IMG/VR virus record: IMGVR_UViG_3300044619_001509 | Source of the DNA: an uncultured virus (IMG/VR IMGVR_UViG_3300044619_001509) | Taxonomy: Duplodnaviria; Heunggongvirae; Uroviricota; Caudoviricetes | Strand: one strand, 5' to 3' | DNA length: 64,000 nt | Translations under genes and position numbers: made by a program | In this document: positions 1 to 11,600 of the stretch, piece by piece | Numbering within the stretch: position 1 is the first letter of the stretch | Layout of the letters: each line of letters opens with the position of its first letter | The notes under the pieces: generated by a model | Database searches by the model: none | The model's input: the letters and a program-made list of their open reading frames with translations, nothing else | Told to the model about the DNA's origin: nothing

Positions 1-1476
1 TTTGATGCCAATACAGATCCTGCTAATTCTGAAAATGGACAAATTTTGAGTTATGCTTGTGGGCCATTTGAAATAAAACAAGGTGTTCTAAACACGATTA
101 GTTATAATGTTCAAGAATCAAATCAGGAATTTTTGGTTACAGACAAGAATACGGATAAAGATTCCATTCGTGTCTTTGTATTAAATTCCATCACCGATAC
201 AACAGGATTGAATATTCCTTGGACAGTTTCTACAGATATCACTTTATTGGATGAAAATACCAGAGCATTTTTTCTAGAAGAAAATAGTTATGGACAATTG
301 GTTTTGACATTTGGTGATGGAGTTCTTGGTAAAAAATTAGAAATTGGAAATGTTGTTATTATTGAATATTTAAGTACATTTGGTTCTGTTGCAAACGGTA
401 TAGGAAGAAGTGATACCGCAACAAAAAGATCTTTTACATTTGATTCAGATAATATCTTTACCGTGTTTACAATCGAACCATCCAATTCGGGTGCGGATCG
501 TGAAACATCTGGTTCCATTAAGAGAAATGCTGTTAGAAATTTGACATCAAAGGGAAGAGCAGTAACGATAAAGGACTACGAAGGATTGGTGATTGGTTCT
601 TTCAATGATGGTGCTGCTGTTCGTTGTTGGGGCGGAGAAGAAAACGATCCGCCATATTATGGTAAGGTATTCATGTCTGTTCGTCCTGTTGGACAGACCA
701 TTTTGACATCAGAAGATAAAACAAATCTTGTCAACAATATTTTAAAGGAAAAAAATATTGTCGGAATGGATGTGGTAATTGTTGATCCAGAGGTATTGTA
801 TATTAATCCTGTGGTTGAGATTTTCTACGAAAAAGCATTGACAAAAGATTCCGAATCAACTTTGATGAACAGAATTAAAAATTCATTGGTTGTTTATTTT
901 AGACGCAACTTAGTGGAATTTGGCGACTCCATATTTTCCACGGATGTCGAGAATGATATTATGGGTATTACACCAGCATTCAAGAGTGTTGATGTTAATA
1001 TGACTATCGAAAGAAGAATTGTTCCGACACTGGGAGTTTCGGAAAGAACAACAATAGATTTTCAAAATGAATTGTACCACCCCTATGATGGTTATCAATC
1101 AATTATCAAGACAAACAAGTTTCAAATTTCTCAAAACTCAGATTACCATTACATCGAAGACGATGGAAATGGAAAATTGCTATTAAAAAAAATCAAGAAC
1201 GGTGTGGTTTCTACTGTAAATAGTAATTATGGAACAATTGATTATACCACAGGCAAATTAATTATAACCGCATTAAAAGTATATACAATTGAAAACAACT
1301 CAAGTTATGTTTATATTAGAGCAGAACCAAAGACAAATAATATATTTACAAAAAGAAATTCTGTTTTGAGTTATGATTTCTTAACAGACTCGGCTCTACA
1401 AATCAACTTAAATCAAGTAAAAACTCAACAAGTAATCGGTGGTTCTGGAACAGTAATTACAAGGCCTAACTTCTAA
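1..1476 (+). CDS. gp6: Baseplate wedge subunit, T4 gp6-like (5'-truncated by window edge)
   Basis: Frame open from base 1; gp6 motifs FGDGVLGKKL, RAVTIKDYE, WGGEENDPPYYGKVF, GTIDYTTGK; precedes gp7/gp8-like genes. Confidence 0.9.
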   Translation, partial: FDANTDPANSENGQILSYACGPFEIKQGVLNTISYNVQESNQEFLVTDKNTDKDSIRVFVLNSITDTTGLNIPWTVSTDITLLDENTRAFFLEENSYGQLVLTFGDGVLGKKLEIGNVVIIEYLSTFGSVANGIGRSDTATKRSFTFDSDNIFTVFTIEPSNSGADRETSGSIKRNAVRNLTSKGRAVTIKDYEGLVIGSFNDGAAVRCWGGEENDPPYYGKVFMSVRPVGQTILTSEDKTNLVNNILKEKNIVGMDVVIVDPEVLYINPVVEIFYEKALTKDSESTLMNRIKNSLVVYFRRNLVEFGDSIFSTDVENDIMGITPAFKSVDVNMTIERRIVPTLGVSERTTIDFQNELYHPYDGYQSIIKTNKFQISQNSDYHYIEDDGNGKLLLKKIKNGVVSTVNSNYGTIDYTTGKLIITALKVYTIENNSSYVYIRAEPKTNNIFTKRNSVLSYDFLTDSALQINLNQVKTQQVIGGSGTVITRPNF

Positions 1477-3284
1477 TGCCAACTAATTTATTATTACAAT
1501 ATCCTGTTCAAGATACCGTATTGTTTTCTGACACGCTTCGTGTCAATTACAAACTATCGTCATATAGTGATCCAAATGTAAAATCTGTGTACTTTGAGTT
1601 GGATGGATCAACACAAACTGTTTTGGTTTCAACAGAATCTGTAACATTTACTGGACTTACAGAAGGTAGTCATACTCTCAATGGTTATCTTATTGACAGA
1701 CGAAATAATTCGATTCCCAATACTAATTTTTCGGTTTCGTTTCAAACATTTGATTCGGAATTGAGCGTTGAAAACAAGTTAACTCTTGTTCTGGAATCTA
1801 CTATTCCAGGCTTTGTCAGAGAAGATTATCCAAACTTTGTGATGTTCCTAAAGGCATATTACGAATGGTTGTACTCTTCCAACAATCCTTTCTATGCACC
1901 ATTAATATCTGAAGATTTCAAGGACATTGATAAGACACCAGAATATTTTGTAAAATATTTTAAAGAACAATATCTAAAAGATTTTCCTGAGTATTTAACT
2001 TTAGATAAGCAAACAGGTTCTCCATTAAACCTAAAGACTCTCATCAAGAATGTGGGAGAGTTTTATTCATCAAAGGGAACCGAAAGATCCATAAAGTTCC
2101 TGTTGAAAATTCTATATGATACTTATTCGGAAGTTTATTATCCAAGAAAAGATCTTTTCCGTTCGTCTGATAGTAAATGGAATAAAAGAAAATCAATTAA
2201 GTTTACTGGGGATAATGTAAATATTAATGATATCAAGCAAAGAGAATTGGTTCAGAAAATAGGCGAATCAATTACTTGGAGATCGTCGGTTGTTGATATT
2301 CAATGTTACCACGCAGTTAATAAAAAAATAATTGAAGTCTTCTATCAAGAAATTAACGGAACTCCTAATTTTAATTATCCCTTCCAAGTAATTACTGAAA
2401 ATGAAACCATATCACTAAATCCTCTTCGTGTGGTTTCTGATATTAACATAACAAATTCTGGTATTAATTATAGAACAAATGATGTAATTAAGATACAAAA
2501 AGTCTATACAAATCAAGAACCCGTTGATGTTTCTGTTGCTTTAGTGGTAGAGGTGGATGAATATGGACAGATTCAAAAAATAGAAATTGCAAACTTCTTG
2601 ACTGTTGAAGATGTTGAAGGTGAGTATTACTTTGAAATCACTTCGAATATTGGATCTGGAGCCGTTCTGGTTCCAGTGGAAGGTTATATCTGTGATTACG
2701 CAGGCTATTGGACGCAAAAGAATTCTCATGCAAGTTCGATCAAAGTTCTTCCAGATAACTTAAAGTATCAAGAATTATCATATGTCGTAAGAACGAATAG
2801 AAGTTTAGACAAATATGTTGATGCTTTGAAAAAATTGGCGCATCCTGCGGGGTTTGCTGTTGTTGGTGATGTTGTATTACAAAATCAAGTGGTCGAACCA
2901 GTAGAAATTGAAGATGCGTTGTTGAATTTCTTTACACCGCTGATCGGTAATTATGCTGCGTATAGATTAAAAACTTCAATTAATATCAGAAATGCTCCAA
3001 GACCAAGTGATTCGAATATAGATCTTTATCCAGATGGATATGATCCAAATGTTTCTATTAAATTACAAAATGGAACAGATACAACTGCACATATTCCAGT
3101 TAATAAAATTAATACAAATGTAGCAAATACAAAATTTAAGCATCTTCCATCGGTTTCCGATATTGCAAATAAAAATATATATTGGGTTGTATACCCACAT
3201 CCGAATGGTGAAATAAATAATTCTACAAATATAGAACGCTTTGTGGATATTCAACTGAAAGACTTCTTAAAGCAAGAAAAATAA
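1476..3284 (+). CDS. gp7: Baseplate wedge protein, gp7-like, with N-terminal Ig-like extension
   Basis: PGFVREDYPNFVMFLKAYYEW, FYSSKGTERSIKFL, YQELSYVV, KKLAHPAGF match T4-like wedge initiators; lies between gp6 and gp8. Confidence 0.7.
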   Translation: MPTNLLLQYPVQDTVLFSDTLRVNYKLSSYSDPNVKSVYFELDGSTQTVLVSTESVTFTGLTEGSHTLNGYLIDRRNNSIPNTNFSVSFQTFDSELSVENKLTLVLESTIPGFVREDYPNFVMFLKAYYEWLYSSNNPFYAPLISEDFKDIDKTPEYFVKYFKEQYLKDFPEYLTLDKQTGSPLNLKTLIKNVGEFYSSKGTERSIKFLLKILYDTYSEVYYPRKDLFRSSDSKWNKRKSIKFTGDNVNINDIKQRELVQKIGESITWRSSVVDIQCYHAVNKKIIEVFYQEINGTPNFNYPFQVITENETISLNPLRVVSDINITNSGINYRTNDVIKIQKVYTNQEPVDVSVALVVEVDEYGQIQKIEIANFLTVEDVEGEYYFEITSNIGSGAVLVPVEGYICDYAGYWTQKNSHASSIKVLPDNLKYQELSYVVRTNRSLDKYVDALKKLAHPAGFAVVGDVVLQNQVVEPVEIEDALLNFFTPLIGNYAAYRLKTSINIRNAPRPSDSNIDLYPDGYDPNVSIKLQNGTDTTAHIPVNKINTNVANTKFKHLPSVSDIANKNIYWVVYPHPNGEINNSTNIERFVDIQLKDFLKQEK

Positions 3285-3285
3285 A

Positions 3286-5637
3286 ATGTCAAATTATCTA
3301 AAACAAACCTTCAAAACAGAACTTGCCTTGGCATTTGCAGAATCTTTTGCTGCGGACAGTTCCGACAATTATTTTTTATTCTTGGGAAAAGCCTCTGCTT
3401 GGAACGATGAACAAAATCCACCAGCGGCACAGGATACACTTCGTGAAGAATTGGATGCTTGGAGAAATATGATGGCTCTTGCAAAGATTAATAAAAGTAA
3501 TGTAATGGTTGGAGTTGCTCGTTATAATTGGCAATACAATAAAGTATTTGACCAATTTGATGATACGGTTGATTTGTACCAAGAAGGGAACGAATTCCAT
3601 TTTTATTGTATAACGGATGATTTAAATGTATATAAATGCATTTCGAATAATTACGGAAGACCATCTTTGTATAAACCAACTACGGTTTCGACAGAAGAAC
3701 AAATAACTCAAGATGGATATGTCTGGAAGTTTTTGTTTAAAGTGCGAGAAGAATTAAATGAATTTTTAACAGATGATTTTATTCCAATTGAAAAATTAGA
3801 ATCTATTCTTTATAATGACGAAAGAAATCTTCAGAACAATGTAAAGATCACTGCTGTTCCTAGTTCAATTGATAATATCATTGTGACTCAATATGGCGGT
3901 TCCTATCCTTTAGCAATCACAACCGATCCATCAAATACAGATCAGAAACATACAATTACCGAAGTAATCAATTCAAATACATTTGTTCTTGCTCCTGTAT
4001 TCGACTTAGATAAAACAAATGGTATTTACAATGACTACTATGAACTTTATATTGCTCAGGGGCCAGGAGCAGGAAGCAAAGCAACCATTCTTTCCTACAT
4101 CGTAGATGAAAACGAAATTACTGTGGTTGTGGATAAAGCATTATCTCTTACAACGAGCAGTGTTTATAGAATCTACCCTAAAATAGAAATAACAGGAGAT
4201 GGAACGGGAGCGACAGCGATTCCTGTTATGAACGAGGATAAGGTCATTACTGGAATTGATGTTATCAATTCTGGCAAAAATTATCGTTATGTTACAGTAA
4301 AAGTATACAGAAAGAATGAATCATATGCTTCTGTCACACTAGCAAGAGCAATCTTGGCTCCCGTCTATGGCCACGGATATAATGCTATTCGTGAATTGGG
4401 TGCAAACTATGTGGCGATTCATATACCACTTCGTAATTCGGAAAAAATATCACAAGCGGATGCGGTGAATATTTTAAATAATGATTACCGTCAAGTTGGT
4501 ATTTTAAAGAATGCATTTTATAATAATGAAAATACATTGACACCAATCACAACAGAAGAAAATCTTGCAACATTTTTGCAGATAGAAAATATCAATTCAT
4601 ATAGTGTAATTTATTTAGAAACAACCCAGATTATTACCGATAATACAGGAACAAAGATTTCTGTGGGTGATATTATCAAGCAAGGTTCTGAGCAAAATGC
4701 ATATCAAGCAAGAGGAATCATCAAGTCAATTATTTTGGATGAAGGAACTTCTGCTCTGAATAATTACCGTATCACAGTTCAAAATACAAATGGTAGATTC
4801 TTGTCTACATCTTCCAGTACCTATCCTCTGTTAAAAGAAGACGATTCTGTGATTTCTGGAACAATTACTGGAGTCGATTCTTCAAATTTTTACGATCAAA
4901 ATACATTCTTAGCAAATAAAAATATTATTGGAACCACAAGCAACGCAACGGCAAAAGTAGTGAAGTGGGAATGTGATCCTTATGGGTTGTCTGGAAAATT
5001 GTTTATTAATAATATAAATGGATCGTTTATAGATTCTTATTGGACGAAATCCACAGGTGGGGAAATTGTTCTTGTGAAGGGAGAAAATATCGTATCTTAC
5101 GATAGTATCATTTCAACCCCAACAAATACTGATTTGGACAATGATGGTGATGTAGATTCTGCTGATTTGGCGATCTTACTTTCTTCGTGGACAGGGCCGC
5201 AATTCTCTGGAAGCGATCCTTCCAAATCGGGAATTATTGCAGATATTGGAACCTTAGAGGGAGAGAATAAGGTATTCTATAAAGTATCAACAACTTTAAA
5301 TGTTGTACCTACTTCTGGGGTTCTAACTGGAACTATGTTTGAACCAGATGACATTATTGTAAATTCTTCTGGAGTGCAGGGAAGAGTTATATCATTTGCT
5401 CTAAATACTAGTAGTTCTGGTACTTTAGAGGTAAATGCCTTAACGGGTTCCTTTGCTGTAAATGATGTACTGTCTATTTTGACGAATACTGAAATTTCTA
5501 CAAACGCTAGAATCTCAACCATCGTCCAACCAGAAGTATTACCATTTTACGGAGATGTGATATACATACAGAATGTAGTGCCAGTAACTGCTGCAACAGA
5601 TTCAGAAGAACACATAAAAGTCTTACTTAAGTTTTAA
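3286..5637 (+). CDS. gp8: Baseplate wedge subunit, gp8-like
   Basis: RYNW, VYKCISNN, DGYVWKFLF, NDYRQVGILKN and C-terminal GDVIYIQN...EHIKVLLKF are typical of cyanophage-type gp8. Confidence 0.85.
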   Translation: MSNYLKQTFKTELALAFAESFAADSSDNYFLFLGKASAWNDEQNPPAAQDTLREELDAWRNMMALAKINKSNVMVGVARYNWQYNKVFDQFDDTVDLYQEGNEFHFYCITDDLNVYKCISNNYGRPSLYKPTTVSTEEQITQDGYVWKFLFKVREELNEFLTDDFIPIEKLESILYNDERNLQNNVKITAVPSSIDNIIVTQYGGSYPLAITTDPSNTDQKHTITEVINSNTFVLAPVFDLDKTNGIYNDYYELYIAQGPGAGSKATILSYIVDENEITVVVDKALSLTTSSVYRIYPKIEITGDGTGATAIPVMNEDKVITGIDVINSGKNYRYVTVKVYRKNESYASVTLARAILAPVYGHGYNAIRELGANYVAIHIPLRNSEKISQADAVNILNNDYRQVGILKNAFYNNENTLTPITTEENLATFLQIENINSYSVIYLETTQIITDNTGTKISVGDIIKQGSEQNAYQARGIIKSIILDEGTSALNNYRITVQNTNGRFLSTSSSTYPLLKEDDSVISGTITGVDSSNFYDQNTFLANKNIIGTTSNATAKVVKWECDPYGLSGKLFINNINGSFIDSYWTKSTGGEIVLVKGENIVSYDSIISTPTNTDLDNDGDVDSADLAILLSSWTGPQFSGSDPSKSGIIADIGTLEGENKVFYKVSTTLNVVPTSGVLTGTMFEPDDIIVNSSGVQGRVISFALNTSSSGTLEVNALTGSFAVNDVLSILTNTEISTNARISTIVQPEVLPFYGDVIYIQNVVPVTAATDSEEHIKVLLKF

Positions 5638-5650
5638 CGGAGAGTAATTA

Positions 5651-8600
5651 ATGGGTTATAACCACCCCGATATTCTAAAATCAAGTCCATACTACGACGA
5701 TTTTGAAAACACAAAGAATTTTCTTCGTATTTTATTCAAGCCTGGTGTTGCAACCCAAACCAGAGAATTGATTCAATTACAGACTCTCCTTCAGAATCAA
5801 ATTGCAAAATTAGGAAGTCACATCTTTAAGGATGGAAGTCAAGTATTTGGTGGTGGTATCACTCTCAATGAAGCCAATTACATCAAAACGGTGGTTACTC
5901 TTCCTTCTGGAACGACTACAGATAGTTTAAAAGGTAAAATTCTTGTTCAAGGTACAAATTCTTCAAATAGCGTAAGAGCAAGAATTGTTGACATTTTACC
6001 TAGTGTTTCTGCTGATCCATTTACTATTTTTGTTGTTCAATATTTGACAGGAAATGAATTCCAGAGTACATCTTCTCTTACTATTACGGTAGAAGGACAA
6101 CTCGGAGTTAATGTTTTATTTACTGGGGCAGCAGACAGAAAAGGTACATGTCAAACTCTATCCGTTGAATCTGGTATTTTTTATGTTGATGGATTCTTCG
6201 TAAATAGCAACCCACAAACAACAACTCTTGTTCGTTATGATAATGGTGTTCGTAGATTTACAGATGCAATCTTAACATCAGAAGGAGTAACCAACCGAGT
6301 AGGTTTCGAAATTGAAAGAACGGTGGTAACTTCGGTTGATGATGAAACCTTAAACGATCCTGCCCGTGGATTTTACAATTATTCCGCTCCTGGCGCAGAT
6401 CGTTATGTAATTAATTTAAATCTTATTGCTCAAGAATTTGATCCTGCTTCTGTAGAACCAGGCGAATTTGTAACTCCAGATTTTGTCGAATTGGCGAGAG
6501 TTGTAAAAGGTGTTCTTGATTATGTAAAGAAAGTACCAACCTATTCTGAATTGGTAGATACTCTTGCAAGAAGAACATATGACGAATCTGGAAATTATAC
6601 AGTAACTCCATTTGAATTGGAAGTCAAGAACCATTATAGAGATGATGAATATTTTCTTTATGTTAAAGTAAATACACCTTCTACTATAAATTCTGTCTTT
6701 GAAGGTGATTTTATTGTCAATAATATAAATGGATTGGCTACAAAAATAGGATTGATTACTTCCGTAGAAACCTATTCACCAACAACAGCGGAGTTGACTT
6801 CTGGTGGAACAAATGATCTTCCTACTCATGTAATACGAGTAAAAAGAGAAAAAGTAAATGGAACATATAATTATGTTTTCTTTACTAGTTCCGATACTGC
6901 AATTCACAGAAGCAGAAGTTTAGTAGATACTACATTGGGTGCAATTAAGAGAATCACGGTAAGTCGTGATCCTAATGGTGTATATTCTCCAGAAGAAGGT
7001 GGAACAGACGATAAATTTGTATTGTCTGTAAAGCCTGGTAAAGCATATGTTTTTGGTTATGAATTTGAAACCATCAATAATACAAATATCGTTGTGGATA
7101 AAGAAAGAAATGATTCTGTCTATACGGTAAATGATTATAATTTGGGTGCAAATATTGGAAATTACTTCTTGGTTAAAGCAAATCTTGCAAATGGTAAATA
7201 TGCATTTAATCGTTGGGATACTTCTATCAATCTAGAAGAAATGCCATACATGAAGTTTGGTGGGAAATATGTTCGCATAACAATTCCAACACAAGCAGAA
7301 GATACAAGAGATCATGCGCTAAAGTATTGGTCTCCAGTTGCAAAAGATCAAACAACATCGTTTAGAAGTGTTGCTTTTGTTACGGAAGAATCCGCACTCT
7401 CTACAGAAAGTATTGCGGCACACACAAATCCCGCAAACCCATCATACTTAAATCTTATTGATTTTTCTGGTGAAGGCGCAACAAATGACGATCTTTATGG
7501 TGATGGATATATTCGTCCACAGAACACATCAAGAACTCAATCTAAGTCCATTGGTGGTGCGTCATCCTTGACTGCATATCCTATGGTAAATATGAGTAAT
7601 GATATTGAAACTAATATTTCAAGATTAGCATTTTCAGAACCTTGGCATGGAAATTTTGATACTTCATACAATTCTACTTCAGAATCGAATGGAGCATTAT
7701 CGACTTATTCTGGAACATTCCCCGTTAAGCAAATTAAGTGTCTCGATACTGCAAATCCATCTTCGATTCAAGTAACAACAGGACACGCTTTGCGTTGGGT
7801 TCCTGCTTCAAATAGTGGTGCATATTCTACTTCTGGAAGTACACTTTTTGTCAAATTAATTAACACAACAGATTACACTGGTGGTACAAATCTCGAAACA
7901 GCAAGATTTAATGTTGAAGATGGTGTAATCTTTGCAGATCCTACAACATCAACAAATCCAATTTCATACGGTTCAAGTATCGCGTATATTTTAAGAGATA
8001 CGAGTATCAAGAGAATTATTGTTCGTTCTGCTCAGGATTTGGGTTGTGTAAACGATAGTGCTTGTACGGACGCAGGACAGGGTGGTTTCTATTCTGTTGG
8101 TGATATCGTAACACAAAATTACGATAAGAATGGAATTGAAATTCAAGCAACAGGTGAAATTATTGCAATCGGTGGAGATTTCACAACACCAAACACTAAC
8201 ATCGAATTGTACATTCAAACATCTGGAACAAATTACATCTATGGTGTAAATGATACCGTAGAAATGTCAGTTCAAGGTATTACGAATCTCGGATGCTTGA
8301 TTGGGCCATGCGGACTTTACAAACCAAGATCAAGTATAACATTAAATAATCCTGGCTGCGGTGAGTGTGTGAGAATTGGTTTCCGTGATTCTGAAAATGT
8401 CGGTGCATATACTGTAAACGAAATTGCATTCCAGTACAACTATCTTGCTCTTCAAGAAGTCTCTGGAGTACCACAATACCTTGATTCAAACTTGGTAAAG
8501 GGTCGTATTGTTGGTTGGGATGACACATCTAAAGAATTGATTGTTCTTGAAACACAAGGACGATTTGAAATTGCAAATGGTACAATATACGAATTGAAAT

Positions 8601-11600
8601 CATCTACAGGACAAGCAGTAAAATATGGTGGACGCGGTTGGGATAAATTTAAGACTAAGTTCCAAAAGAACACAGGTGCAACTCAACCCCAATACGATAT
8701 TGAAAAAGTAAGTGGTATCTTCATTGATATTGCAAGTACCCCAAATAAAAATTTTATTGAAACTTCTTATTCTGTGTTCGATGCAGCGATTGCGTCTGGT
8801 ACTGGTGAAACCATTACTCAGATTGCGGTTCCGTTTGTTGGAAATTACTTTGAAGGTAAAGATTTTGTTGTTGGAGAAGAAGTTAACCAAACAATATCAA
8901 CATCATCAATTGCAAGAGGAACTGTTCTTTCTTGGACACACCGAGATTTAACAAATCCATCAGATAGAGCAGATACAATTATCATTATCAAACCAATTAA
9001 TACGGTAGAGTTTGTTGTTGGTTCATCTGCAATTAATAACCCTCTTGTGAGTTTCGCAAACCCTGCGGTAAGTTATGATTTGTCTGGTGTGGGAACAACA
9101 AGAACAAAAGAAATTCTTGGTGCAGGAAGAATTCGTCTTCTACGCAGACAAGAAGAAGATGCATATCAGGCATATTTCTTTGATATAAAAATGGATTTCT
9201 TACCCGACAGATCTCGCAAATACAACTTGAATGAAGTGTTTAATTTCTATTATGAAGATGGATTTAAGAATGCAATTTTAAGCGAATTTGAGGACGAAGA
9301 TATTCAATTAGAAATTTCGGAAAATAATTTTGTATTTGAAGTTCATCCTACACTTGGTATCGAAAGTACAGATTACAGTAAGGTATTCGATACCGATAGA
9401 AATTCGTTGTTGTTTAGACTTGCTGGTAGCGAATCCGTAAAGAATGTTGGAGAATTGGATTATCGTATTCAAAGACAATATAATTTATCTGGACCTTTTG
9501 GAACAGATACTTTGTCTTTCTCAACAGATAGTCCTTATGTACGATTTATCGGTGGTGAATCTTCAACAACTGGTTTGGTAGATTCGAATGATTTGATCGA
9601 ACACTATAGTTTAATTTTAACTTTTAATACAGGATTACAATACATTGAATCCTTGTCAAATGGAAACTATACAGTAACAACCAACAATTATTCATCTCCA
9701 ACTAGCATTGCTACATTGTCGATTAAGAGAAAGAGCGGAGTCGCTTGGAGTGACTTGACAAAAGTTTCTTTGATTGCAAATTTAAATGTAAATCCAAGTG
9801 GAAATACATCCCTAATTCGCACAAAGACAGTAGAAAGATTTACAGAAACAGTAACTTTAAAGAAAACAAAGTCTGGTGTTTGGAAAGCAACTCTGTCCCG
9901 AGCAGATATTTTAACAATTGACAAGATTACTGCAATATCATCCAATACAAATGTAAAAGAACAATTTGATCTATATGATGGTCAAACAGATAATCTTTAC
10001 GATTTGGGACAAATTACACTCAAGTCACAATACTTGGTAAATAATGTACCAAATTTTGCAAATTATCAGGTGATTGTATCGTACCGCTATTTCTATCATG
10101 AAAACAGTGGACCATTTACAAAGAACTCATACGAAAATATTGACTATACAGATATTCCTTCGTATACGAGTTCGTTGAATGGTCAATATTACAAATTGGA
10201 TTCTGTAATCGATCTTCGTCCATTGAAGACAACAGATGGATCTATTGTATCTGGATCCAAGTGGATTCCCGCTCCTGCAAATTCATTTAATGTAGATTAT
10301 GAATACTACTTGCCAAGAGCATACAAATTGGCAATTACAAGAGATTTGAATTTTAAACTTATCAGCGGTATTCCCGCGTTCACACCAGAATTACCTTCTG
10401 ATGATGAAAACGCAATGACAATTTACAATATTACAACCTCTCCATATATCTTTGATAAAACGGATGTCGTTGCAAATATGGTAAATAATCGTCGCTATAC
10501 GATGAAAGATATCATTGCATTGGATGATCGTATACAAGCACTGGAACAATTTACATTATTGAATTCTTTGGAAAGAGAAGCAGAAAACAAGTCTATCATA
10601 GACGAAGCAAGTTCTCTCCCAAGAGTCATCAGTTCGATTCTTGTAGATAATTTCAGTACGCATGGTAAGGGTGATACGCTAAACAAAGAATACAATGTAA
10701 GTATTGACTCTGAAAATAACCTGATTCGTCCATCATTTGAAATGGGAACAGTTGATCTAGTAGATTCAACGAGTGCAAACACAACAAGCAATGTGATAAA
10801 AACACCAGATAATGTTGTAATGCTATCTTATGATGCGGTTCCATTAATTTCACAATTGTCAGCAAGTGGAACAGAAAAGATCAATGCATTTAATGATAAC
10901 TCATGGATTGGTTCTATTGCTCTCACACCAAGCACAGATTCTTGGTTTGATGAAACCATCAAACCAGATGTTCGTGTAAATGAAAACAATGCTAACAATG
11001 CAATCAGTGATGTATTCCCTGCTCCAAATAGCAGAAACAACAATGGTATGGGATCTGATTGGGGATTCTGGAAGAGAAAGTGGTTTGGTAATAAACCAGA
11101 AGCAAAGAAAAATACAAATCCAGATCGCAGACCTTGGTGGTTAAAGCAAAGAAAGATCGTACCCGATACTAAGATTGCAGCAGCAACGACATCAAGTAAT
11201 GTCGTAAATGTTGGTGAAAATAAGATCGTAGACAAGTCGGTTGTTCCATACATCCGTGAAAAAACAATAACAGCAGTAGTCGAAGGGTTAAAACCATTTA
11301 CTGTCGTATATGTGTTCTTTGACGATGTAAACATTACCTCACAATGTCAAATCTTAAACAGTGTGGGACAAGTTGTAAGTGGAACGGGATTGAGAACAGA
11401 CTCAAGAGGATCGCTACAATTCAGTTACACTATCGAAAAAGGTAAGTTTAAGACAGGTGAAAAATTACTTGTTGTTACAAACTCACCCACAAACAATGCT
11501 CAATCTGCAACAACAGTAGCAGAAGCGGTATATGTTGCTTCTGGTGCAATTCAGATTGCTACAAATACGGGAATTTCAACAAGAAAGTTAATTAAAAAAC

